Source: Piromyces finnis finn
Lineage: Eukaryota > Fungi > Neocallimastigomycota
DNA: 18,681 bases
Assembly (NCBI GenBank): GCA_002104945.1
Contig: MCFH01000193.1
Location: 1-18,681 of the forward strand
Direction of reading: 5' to 3'
Made by a program: the position numbers and the translations under genes. Below, piece by piece: positions 8,521-18,681 of the stretch (the stretch's first letter is position 1; every line of letters begins with the position of its first letter). Under the pieces are notes generated by a model. It was not told the DNA's origin and searched no databases. It was given only the letters and a program-made list of their open reading frames with translations.

Positions 8521-9469
8521 TTTTGCCATTACCCTTATGTTTGATGAATAAGATACCAGCCAAGATATTAGTAATGATGAAGTTAAGTTGGCTTTCCTCT
8601 TTTCTCCTAATTATAGCTGGTGTTCATAAAGCTGTATCGTTTATATCTATATATTCTATTTCAAAAGATTTGAATATTCATTCATTGTTAGCAAAATGCA
8701 CATTAGCTCAGATTAGATGTTTTAACAAGTAGAAAAACTCAAAATATATTATTTCATACCTTGTCAATTACATTCCTAAATTTAGAAAATATACATGGTA
8801 TACATGGTGAAAATTATGTAGGACTCTTGATAAAAAATTAAAGAAGCATGGAGATGCTAAATCAGTTAAAAACTTTTATTGGAAAGATCTCAAAGGAAAT
8901 TCAATCAAAGCGTAATATTATGATGATAATAAATTTATTGAAACTAAAGATTTTATTAAATTATATTATGAGTACTCAAAGTTTGTCTTGGGTTTCTACT
9001 TGCCTATTGAAAGCAAGAAGTGGATATAAGTTGGATGCTAGAGTTGCAAAGTCTGCTAATTTTGTTGATCCAGTTTGACCAAACTACTGTCCATGTTGCA
9101 AGAGTGGTTATCAAAATATTAAGCATTGGTTATTAGATTGTCCAACATTTAGAGATATCCATATTAAATATTACAAATCCATAGTCCAAATTATTAAATT
9201 TTTTAATCAATGTAATTCCAACAGTCCTATCAATAATAATCATAGTAATAGTAATAGTAATAGTAATAGTAATAGTAATAGTAATAGTAATAGTAATAGT
9301 AATAGTAATAGTAATAGTAATAGTAATAGTAATAGTAATAGTAATAGTAATAGTAATAGTAATAGTAATAGTAATAGTAATAGTAATAGTAATAGTAATA
9401 GTAATAGTAATAGTAATAGTAATAGTAATAGTAATAGTAATAGTAATAGTAATAGTAATAGTAATAGTA

Positions 9470-9511
<42 letters not shown>

Positions 9512-9915
9512 GTTTTATAATAATTTTAATATATTATTAATAATAGTAATAGTTTTAATAATTATACACATTATTAATCATACACAAGAATATTAATGTG
9601 TATGATTATTCTAGTGTATACATTAAAATATTTAAATTCCTTCTTGGGAGAAGAAGTTTTAACAATATCAATTACAATTCAAGGGAATGGAAAGAACTTT
9701 GCAAGTGTCAGATTCAATCGGGCACTTACGAAGGAACACCATTCTTGACGGTAACAGCGGAACTTCTAACCAAAATAATGTCTTATGTTATTGGCTAGCA
9801 ATGGTCAATGTTCAAAAGGTTTGAAGCAACAGTTAAGAGCGTCAATGCTGAAGAAACTATAAGACAGGCCATGAGGGTCAGCGCAACTAATGGAGATCAT
9901 AATTTTATCCCATGA
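8521..9915 (+). mobile_element. Decayed non-LTR retrotransposon (LINE) ORF2 remnant, mostly the C-terminal region
   Basis: Reading through stops in the frame of ORF 8848 gives LLKARSGY...PNYCPCCKSGYQNIKHWLLDCP, a C-X2-C-X8-H-X4-C knuckle typical of LINE ORF2 C-termini. After the microsatellite the same frame gives IFKFLLGRRSFNN (ORF 9598). Multiple stops and frameshifts; no RT core seen. Confidence 0.6.
9242..9510. repeat. Compound microsatellite: (AATAGT) about 39 units followed by (AAT)12
   Basis: Perfect hexamer array at 9242-9474, then a trinucleotide run at 9475-9510. Confidence 0.98.
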
Positions 9916-10112
9916 CAAAAATTTGATTTTTGACTCGGTATCCCATTAAAAGTCGAATACAATTACTATACTTTAGTATAATAGTGGCTTTCTTACTTTA
10001 ATTAAAATTGCTAGAATATATTATACCAATTTTTATTCAAGTAATAAATGATTATATTAAAAAAATAAATTACTAGACAACAAGAAAATAAAAAGTTACA
10101 TATATTTTTAAT

Positions 10113-10173
10113 TGATACATTAACCGATATATTTTTGAATAATATAATATTTTATTAAATAGTATATTCTGGA
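10113..10173 (+). repeat. Diverged ~60-bp dispersed repeat, copy 1 (copy 2 at 12649-12711)
   Basis: TGATACATTAACCGATATATTTTTGAATAATATA... versus TGATGCGTTGACCGATATATTTTTGAATAATATA... Confidence 0.75.
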
Positions 10174-10499
10174 ATATCCTCAATAATATATTCTTCTAAA
10201 TTACTTACTTCTTCTGACTTTTCGGATAAGAAGGTATGAATTAAATAACTATAATTATATGTATCATAATTATTTTTATTGAATATAACTTTCTTAGAAA
10301 TTTTGGGACGTTTAAGTTTAAATTTACGGGATCGATCATTTTTCTTCTTACTATGGGTTTTGGATTTGAAATAGAGTTTATGAATTTTATTTTTAAATTA
10401 TATAAAGTGGTGGAATAATTTTTATTTTATTTTTTTAGTTTTTTACACCTGAAGAAGTAATAGGCGTAACATTCATATCATTTTTATTATGAGAAATGA

Positions 10500-10965
10500 A
10501 TTATTCTAAATTTGAAAATTTAGTAGCATGCTTCATATTAAATTTCTTTTTGTTAAAATCATATTTTAAATTTGAATTTGAATAATTTTTATTATAGTTA
10601 TAATAAATTTCATATTTGGACATGAATATATTTCCAAATAATAAATCTGTCGGAATATAGTCCGCTAATAAGAATTTTTCTTAAAATTAATGAAATAGAA
10701 TTTATTACTGATAAATAGTTTTGACTGAAAGTTTAGGTCATCAAGTTCAATTGAAGTACCACTGAAAGTTCGTTATTTAGTTTTTTGAACTAATTTTTTG
10801 AGCTTTGTAATTATTATTATTATAATTATTATTATGTTTTTGGGAGTTATTATTGTTGCTGATAAATGGTTTGTGGTTGTTGAAATGTGAATTTTTTTTC
10901 TTGTTAGATTTAGAGCTGGAAGACTGGTTAATCATATTCTTTGTAGAAAGAGAACTTTTGATCAA
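10500..10965 (-). pseudogene. Highly decayed Gypsy gag-tail/protease remnant
   Basis: Asn-rich segment (ORF 10777..10965) followed on the minus strand by ADYIPTDLLFGNIFMSKYE (~10610-10666), which resembles the main element's protease end VADQLPSSILLGSKFMK. No catalytic DSG found. Confidence 0.4.
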
Positions 10966-11887
10966 TGTACATTTAGTTATAATTATTCTAAAAATTATTT
11001 TTTAATAATAAAACTTGTCGTTAAACTACTATATAATTAAAATTATTTAATTTATGTATGATAGTTGTTACACCTAAATAGTTTAGCTCTATTTTTAGTA
11101 ATAGTCATTTTCATTAAGAATTATTGAAATTATTTAATTATAGTTCTTATGTTTAATTCATTATAGATATTATCTGAATTTGTTATATATCCAGTTAATA
11201 CCTTCATATCGTATATATTCAGTTAGTTTTTATTATATTTTTGTGTGAGTAGTATATCATAATGTAATACATAGAAAATATTTTTACAATTCTATAAATG
11301 AATATAGATAATAATAATATTTGTATCTAAAATTTAATAAATAAAAATAAAGAAAAAAAAATAAATGATTTTTATACTTGTCTATTTACAAGTGATAGTT
11401 AGCTTTTAAAATATAAAGTTTATTATATTTAATTATAAAACTATAATATTATTTAATAACTCTAGTATTATTAAATAATTAAAAATTTATACATCTTGTA
11501 TGTATTATAAAATATTGTTTTATTAAAATAAATATCTAATTTTTCTCTCTTGGATAATTAGTAATCATTTAATTTAATATAATATATCTAATTTTGGCTG
11601 ATTATTAGGAACAGTTTTAAATTTTTAATTACTATTTATACAAAATTATTATTTTAAAGTATAATTATAAACTATTTAATTTAAAAAATAAATAAACAAT
11701 AAAATAAACTAAAAGTTCATATTTATAATTTTTAATTTAATAATTTTATACATGTTAATTATTTTAATTTTTAACTATCTGTGTTTTAATACTTACTATT
11801 AATACTATTATTATTATTATAATATATAATTATTAAATTTATGATTATATAAATTTAATTATATATCAAATGTGTTATAAATTGATA

Positions 11888-11985
11888 ATAATCTTAATTT
11901 TGAATTTTACTTCAAAAAGTGATTATTATATTATATCTTTAATTATAACTATATAAGTTATATGAATTAAAATTTGAAATTGTTT
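11888..11985 (+). repeat. 98-bp dispersed repeat, copy 1 (identical copy at 18584-18681, which runs off the window end)
   Basis: ATAATCTTAATTTTGAATTTTACTTCAAAAAGTGATT...GAAATTGTTT is identical at both sites by direct comparison. Confidence 0.9.
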
Positions 11986-13893
11986 TTATAAAAATTAATA
12001 AAATTGTTTTGTTACAACACTAAATTGTTTTATTAGAAACACTCGTTTTTCTAATATTTAAATATTTAAAATTTTATTTAAAATGATTATTAAAATTATA
12101 AAAATATTAACTTAACTATTTTCCTTGTTAATAATAATGATTATGATTAAAATAAGAATATTTACACGTATTTATATTTTCTTTTAAATTTAAACTATTT
12201 ACATTAAAATAATAAAATTAATTAAAGTAAGTAGAAATAACAATAAAAGAAGTAATTAAAAGTTAAAGAATATAAAAGGTTGTTTATTTTACAATTAATT
12301 AAAGTAATGATTATTTTTAGTATTTTAGTAAAAGTGTTTAATTATATTATTTTATAACATGAATTATTATATTTGTTTACTTTTAAAGTGTAATTTACTA
12401 AAGAAGTTATTAAATAGTTAATTTAATAATTAATTTAACAAAAGTTATTCATTTTGATCTCGATTAATTAAAGTTTATTATTTTCTTTCAATAATTGAAA
12501 TATATGCAGTGTTAAGGATTAATTTCATTTTAGAATTTTGGTAAAGTAGTTAATTAAACTATAACTTGTTTTAAGTTACTTTTAGGGTTAACTTAAAAAT
12601 CAGGTTTAATAATAATTTTATATTTATTAATTTCATTATTTATCAAAATGATGCGTTGACCGATATATTTTTGAATAATATAGTATTTTTAATAAATAAT
12701 AAATTCTAGGATTTATGATGAAACAATAAATTTAAAATAAAATATGTTTTATAATTAACAAATAAATCACTCAAAACTTGAAAATAAACTCTTTTATTAT
12801 GTTTAAGTTATCTCTTTATTATATTTTATAATTTATTTATTATCTATTTATTGTCCGTTTTTATTCTCCATTTATTATCTGATTTTTATAAAGAAGAGTT
12901 ATATCTTCCTTTTATACATTTTCATTTATTAATTGTATTATTATTTTTAACTATTAAATATTATTATTACTATTATCATTATTTATTAAAATTAAAAGAA
13001 TAAATCAAAATCATGTCTTAGTATTATAAAATATTATAGAATATTACTTATTTGATTTTCTTATTACTTCAAAATGTTTAAATTTAGAAAAATTATAAGT
13101 TACCATTAACTATCATTAAATGTGTAATACCTTGAATAAAACAATTAAAATTTAAAATTAAAATAATATTAAAATAAAATTAAAATAAAATTATAACAAA
13201 ATTAAAATATTAAAAATATCAATTATTATAAGCACACATTTTATACAGAAACATAAAAAAGTTCTGTATTTTATCTTAAAATTATTGTTATTGTTCTATT
13301 TCCAGGTTTTAAATTTATCACTTTTAGTGATAATTATTCAATTATTTATTTATTAATTTATATATATAAATTTAAAAGAATTTCTAAAGAACACTTGAAT
13401 AAAACACTAGAATTAATAATTTGATGTATACCATTTTATTTTTAGTTTATTTATTCATTTTTATTTATTATTATTATTTTATTATTATTTTAATACATTT
13501 TTGGATTAAGTCGTTTTATTTTATTTAATAATTTATTTTATTATCATCTCTATTAAGTCGTTTTTATTCAGAATTTATTATATAATAAAGATAATATTAT
13601 TTATTTAAAGAAAGGATTATATTTTTATAAAATTATTATTCATTCATTTTAAAGGGTTATCATTAGTTATTTTTATTGTAAATCACTATGGGTTAAGTTG
13701 TGTTTATTCAGCTAATTTTTATTATGTTTTTTTATGAGTAGCATATCAAAAAATGATAAACAGTTAAATTTCTAAATTAAATATTATTATAATAACATTA
13801 TTTTAAACACAGATTAATAGTAATTAAATTAATACTAAAATATTTATATAAATTATTAATTTAAAATTATAAATGTAAACAAGAAATTACTTA

Positions 13894-14158
13894 TGTTAAC
13901 ATTTATGGACACATAATTTTATTTTTCTATATCATATATTTATGAACACACGTGACTAACTTATAAAAACATAAACATGTATTAAAAGTGTTGTAAACGT
14001 AATGTCTACGTGTTGTAGAGATAATTATTTTTTATTTATTTTATTTTCTATGGTCACATGACCTTACATCTTATTATATAACTGTAAACTTACAATGTAA
14101 CTTTTTCTCTTTGTTAACCTTATAAATAAAATTATTTATCAATTAAATTTATTTCACA
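13894..14158 (+). repeat. Copia 5' LTR (265 bp)
   Basis: TGTTAACATTTATGGACAC...TTTATTTCACA; homologous to 17870-18140. Confidence 0.92.
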
Positions 14159-14169
14159 GATTAAGAGTC
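14159..14169 (+). promoter_or_regulatory. Candidate degenerate Copia PBS (internal tRNA-iMet-half type)
   Basis: GATTAAGAGTC abuts the LTR and matches the copia/Ty5-type GGTTATGAGCC at 8 of 11 positions; no TGG-type PBS. Confidence 0.4.
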
Positions 14170-14970
14170 TTAAACTCTAATCAATAATAAAATTTCTTAA
14201 GAAAACTTCAAAACAAAATTTTGTGTGTTTAAAATTTTTAGTATGTCCTAACAATTAATTTTAGCCAATAATCAACGTCTTCATGGAAAGTCCAACTTTG
14301 AAACCTGGTGTACTTTAATTAAGGTAGCCGCTTCTAGACAGGGTCTAACTAATTACTTTGAACATGACATCGTTGGAACCATCAAAGACAACAGTTTTGA
14401 GATAAACTTTAATCTCAAAGATGATTACACTATGGTTATTGTGAAGATTATTGCTAGCTACCGTACTAATAACATCCTCGCTTCCGTTTACAAAACCCTC
14501 ACTAAGACTATGGGGGAGGATGCCAATACAAGTAGCAACTTTACAAATGAATTAAACCAATTCAAAATTAAACTCATAAACATTAATAAAAATAAAAATG
14601 AACCATTCATTGCAAATTTTGAAGATGATTTAGGTATATGGCGTAAGAGATTAGACCATTTCTACCAAAAGGATCTGAAAAAATATCTAAATCAGCACAA
14701 AGTTAAAGTAACTCATTGCTTAGACTGTAAAATATCAAAAAATGAAGAGTCTCCTCATAACAAGACCGTACCAAAGGCCGGAAGAGTTCTAGAGATTATT
14801 CACTCCGATATTTCAGGCCCATTTAATTCATCCGTAAACAATAAGAAATATTTTATGACTATGCTGGATGAATATTCAAGAAAACCTTGGATTTATACTC
14901 TTAAATCAAGATCTGAAGCACCGAACATCATTATTGAATTACTAAAGAATGTCAATAATACTTTTGACAA

Positions 14971-15400
14971 TGTAACGAATGGTAGAAATAAAGAAGTTGT
15001 CTTAGTGGTTAGTAACTAAGACTTTGGTCCGAATGTCTTAAGTTTGAGACTTTAAATTACTTTCTTTTTTAATTCATTTTATTTAATTTTTATTTTGATT
15101 TTTTACCAACATGAAATTCTTTGATTGGTTAAGAAATTGAGTTGTAAAAAATCTTTTAAATTAATTTTAAAAAATTTTAATATAAATACGAGTGAATTTT
15201 TCAAATATTTAAAGAAAATTGTGTTTTTATTAATTAATAAATTATTGCTAAACACTAACCTATTAAGTTAAAATTTGTGTATTTTTAATAATAATTTTAA
15301 ATATTAATAATTAACAGTTAATTTAAGTGTTTTAAATTTACTAAGTTATTTTGGAAATTATTATAAATTTCTTTTATTGTTAAGAACACATTTCTTTGCA
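14971..15400. mobile_element. Solo LTR A (430 bp) inserted in the Copia integrase
   Basis: TGTAACGAA...TTCTTTGCA termini; perfect TSD GACAA at 14966-14970 and 15401-15405. Removing it restores the reading ...FDKYKVKTFNTDG. Confidence 0.88.
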
Positions 15401-15498
15401 GACAAATATAAAGTCAAAACATTCAACACAGATGGCGCTAAAGAGTATAACAGCAGTAAAGTAATAAAGTATTGTAAGGAAAACGGTATATCTAAGAT

Positions 15499-16292
15499 TG
15501 TAAAGATATAATATATATCTTTAGATTATTTAATAATTAATTATTAATTATTAAATAATAAATTAATATTTAGTAAAATTGATTATAAAATTTTGAATAA
15601 ATTTTATGGAATATTTAATAATAAATTATTTTATAATAATTCCGTTAAATTTAATTAAGATACATATTTAAATTTAAGGAATAAAAAAATTTTAATTTAA
15701 TTTAAATATTTCAAATATTTTAAATAATTAAAATATTTTTTGAATACTTTTTATTTAATTTTAGAATAGATTATACTTTTTTATATAAATTTAGAATAGT
15801 TTAATAATTTTAACTTAGTTTTAAAAATAGATTTGTTTATATTTCAATAGGAAATATATTAAGAATAGTATTGATAATGTTAAATTACTTTATAGCTTTA
15901 TAGATAATGCATGGGCTTTATTCAATTTTGAGTTTACTCAAATTGAATTAAAAGTATAATGAATTAGTTTTAGTTTAGTTTTGTTATTTTATTATTTAAT
16001 TAGATTAGTGTTGTTTATTTTATATTAAATATATGTTTATTTAAATAGAATAATATATTAGAATATAATTATGAAAAAATATAAATACATGTAATTTTTG
16101 TTTATTAAATCGATGTAATTGTTATTTTTAATTTTTTAATTATTAACTATTATATAGTTAATAATATTTTTAAGAGTTTAAATAAAATGTTTTCTTAAAA
16201 TAAAAATTTAATGTTTTATTTTTTTATTTTTGTGTTAATAAAAATTGCTTTGTTTTAAGTATAAAATCTGTTTTAAATTTTATACTTTTACA
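15499..16292. mobile_element. Solo LTR B (794 bp) inserted in the Copia integrase
   Basis: TGTAAAG...CTTTTACA termini; perfect TSD AAGAT at 15494-15498 and 16293-16297. Removing it restores ENGISKINSPPYT. Confidence 0.88.
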
Positions 16293-16450
16293 AAGATAAA
16301 CTCACCTCCTTACACATGAATTAAATGGAAAAGCAGAAAGAATAAACCAAACTATTCAAAATTCTTATACTTTTACAAAGATAAACTCACCTCCTTACAC
16401 ATGAATTAAATGGAAAAGCAGAAAGAATAAACCAAACTATTCAAAATTCT
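16281..16450 (+). repeat. Exact 85-bp tandem duplication (two copies)
   Basis: TATACTTTTACAAAGATAAACTC...CAAAATTCT at 16281-16365 and 16366-16450. Confidence 0.93.
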
Positions 16451-17861
16451 GCTAAAACACTTTTATATTGGGTTAAATTATCTGAAGACTTTTGGAGTTT
16501 TGCTATTAAATATTCTTGTTATATTTACAACAAAATACCACATCAAGGCAACGATAATTTAATTCCAGATGAAGTATTCTTTAACAAGGAAGCTGATCTT
16601 AAATACTTAAAAGTGTTTGGATGTATTTGCTGCTTTAAGGACTATACACTGAACAAATCAAAATTCGCACCAAACGCGAAGAAAGGAATTTTTCTTGGGT
16701 TCAAGTACATCACTCGTACGTCGTTATGGAGATATGTGATGAGAAGCTAAAAATCCACTATTCAAGGGAAATTGAATGATGTGAAGATGAGCCGACACAT
16801 TATACTTATAAAAATAAAAATATAAATGATCCGTATTTCTCCTTCACTAATTCATATAACATTAAAAATTATGACAAAAGGGACCCCTCAGAATCAATGA
16901 ATAACAACAAGAACACAGAAGGTATAAAAAAGAAAATTGTTGACAACAAGAACAACACTACGGATAAAAATTTAAATATAAATAATGAAATAATAATACA
17001 GAAAGGACCACTTCCAAGAATAATGAAAATATTTAATTTAAAAATAATATAGAAGAAGATAATATTAGTGCTATGGACGAGGACCCGGTTAATGAAAATT
17101 TAAAATATAATGACAAGAAAGAAGAAAAAACTGATAAAGAAATGAAAGAAACTAATATAGAACCAAGACGAATTCTCAGAGGGAAGAAAATAATAGAAAT
17201 ACAAAACCAAAAGATAATAGTTCAATAAAATTTGATAAAAATTCAAATTGTAATTTAAAAAATAATTTACACAGTAATTTAGAAAATGACACTCCAAATA
17301 AGAAAAACAAAAATATTAATTCAAATTCGAAGTTTAATAAAAATAAATTTACTGATATATTCTAAAAGTTTTAGAAGAAATTGCAAATGATAATTGCAAT
17401 TTTGGAAAGAAAAATATTTATATTTCAAATATTAAAAATAAAAATAATCATGTTTACCCTTCTCCTGGATCAAATATTGATAATAGCTGTAAAACTCCTG
17501 ATAAAGCTATTAATGATAAAAATTCTAAAAATCCTGATAATTATAATGATTCCTTAACTGAAAATTTGACCACCAAAAATGTTTCGAATACCAATAATGC
17601 TGGTGAAAATATTCCTGATAATTTAAATATTAATCATAGTGAAAAAATTTTTATAAATAAAAATTTTCCAAAAATTGACTCAAAAATTCAAAATAAAAAT
17701 GAAAACATTCTATTGGATGATAATTCAAATAATCCACGTCATAATTCTAGCAAAAATCTAACGTTACACATGATACTTTTACCAACTCAGATAGTATGGA
17801 TATTAATGATAATATAAATTTAAATTCAAAAATAAAGATATTCTTAAAGAAAATCTAATTT

Positions 17862-17869
17862 AAGGGGAG
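17862..17869 (+). promoter_or_regulatory. Copia polypurine tract
   Basis: AAGGGGAG directly before TGTGAACA. Confidence 0.85.
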
Positions 17870-18140
17870 TGTGAACATTTATGGACACATAATGTTATTT
17901 TTTTATCTCATATATTTAAGAATACACTTGACTAATTTATAAAAAACATAAACATGTATTAAAGTGTTGTAAACGTAATGTCTACGTGTTGTAGAGATAG
18001 TTATTTTTTATTTATTTTATTTCATTTTCTATTATCACATGACCTTACATCTTTATTATATAACTGTAAACTTACAATGTAACTTTTTCTCTTTGTTAAC
18101 CTTATAAATAAAATTATTTATTAATTAAATTTATTTTGTA
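17870..18140 (+). repeat. Copia 3' LTR (271 bp; terminal CA mutated to TA)
   Basis: Homologous to 13894-14158 with scattered substitutions and indels; followed by the TSD ACTTA. Confidence 0.9.
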
Positions 18141-18681
18141 ACTTATTTATTTATTTGTTTATTAATTAAATAGTTAATTATTGTTTATTAATATAATACT
18201 TTAAAATAATATAATGTATAAATGGTGTTAGAATTGCTTTATTTTTAAAAATGTTCCTAATAATCCAGTAAAATTAAAATATTTAATTTATATAAAATAA
18301 TATTTGTAATTATAATTATATACATACGAGATGTATTAAATAATAATAACATATATATATTTAATAATACAAGTGTTATTAAATATTAAAATTTTATAAT
18401 TAAATAAAATAATTTTATATTTTAAAACTAATAAAGACTTGCAAATGAACAAGTATAAAAATTATTTATTTTATTTTCTTTATTTCTATTTATTAAATTT
18501 TAGATACAGATATTATCACTTTCTATATTCATTTATAGAATTAAGATAATATCTTCCCGAATCAAAAAGTGATATAATTTGATATAATCTTAATTTTGAA
18601 TTTTACTTCAAAAAGTGATTATTATATTATATCTTTAATTATAACTATATAAGTTATATGAATTAAAATTTGAAATTGTTT

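Larger units (their letters stand above)
14243..16760 (+). pseudogene. Copia gag fragment fused in frame to integrase; integrase split by two solo LTRs and an 85-bp duplication
   Basis: ATG at 14243 with an early stop, then RLHGKSNFETW (copia gag). WRKRLDH...CLDC and LEIIHSDISGP...LDEYSR (ORF 14432). TFNTDGAKEY at 15401-15498. ELNGKAERIN and LKYLKVFGC...KKGIFLGF after 16293. Confidence 0.9.
13894..18140 (+). mobile_element. Internally deleted, non-autonomous Ty1/Copia LTR retrotransposon with nested insertions
   Basis: Direct LTRs at 13894-14158 and 17870-18140; 5-bp TSD ACTTA at 13889-13893 and 18141-18145; PPT AAGGGGAG; gag N-terminus, pre-integrase and integrase motifs; no protease, RT or RNase H motifs. 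Confidence 0.92.

Noticed and set aside
9242-9510. CRISPR array or telomeric repeat
   Set aside because: It is a pure 6-bp/3-bp tandem repeat without spacers, internal to a LINE-like frame, and lacks a G-rich telomeric motif.
11873-12359. Possible solo LTR bounded by TGTTATAAA...TTTATAACA
   Set aside because: No TSD (AAATG vs TGAAT), and such 9-mers are expected by chance at this AT content.
11000-13890. Host genes or structured elements in the very AT-rich spacer, including small hairpins such as 11449-11478
   Set aside because: No ORFs or motifs recognised; short A/T inverted repeats are expected from composition.
14991-15062. Functional tRNA-Gln gene
   Set aside because: Acceptor, D and anticodon stems are largely unpaired and the T-loop is TTT rather than TTC; kept only as a tRNA-derived-module hypothesis.
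17100-17817. ORFs 17100..17297- and 17566..17817+ as independent genes
   Set aside because: Low-complexity decayed integrase-RT linker of the Copia element and its antisense shadow; 17566 begins at TTG.

Overview
This is a very AT-rich eukaryotic window made almost entirely of retroelements around one tRNA gene. The base composition and Asn-rich low-complexity tracts suggest an anaerobic gut fungus (Neocallimastigomycota-like); this is inference only. (1) About 2000-8376 (-) is a near-complete Ty3/Gypsy chromovirus: single gag-PR-RT-RH-IN polyprotein, GPY/F module, degenerate chromodomain, and a 619-bp 5' LTR (TGTCA...TGACA). It has no tRNA primer-binding site. Instead, the 11 nt next to the LTR are perfectly complementary to a site inside the LTR and sit in an extra stem, which is the Tf1-type self-priming layout. 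(2) The 5' LTR ends 12 bp upstream of an intact tRNA-Cys(GCA) gene (8389-8460), a Ty3-like position next to the Pol III start site. (3) The element's 3' half is mirrored in a giant inverted repeat (1-4109, centre ~2000-2100) with two truncated LTRs fused tail-to-tail; this is a real fold-back or a long-read artefact. (4) A decayed LINE ORF2 remnant with an in-frame (AATAGT)n expansion lies just downstream of the tRNA. (5) A decayed Gypsy gag/protease remnant and AT-rich spacer follow. (6) 13894-18140 (+) is an internally deleted Ty1/Copia element (both LTRs, ACTTA target-site duplication (TSD), no protease or RT). Its integrase is split by two nested solo LTRs with perfect 5-bp TSDs, and one of them carries a tRNA-like A-box/B-box module. 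No host protein-coding gene is evident.
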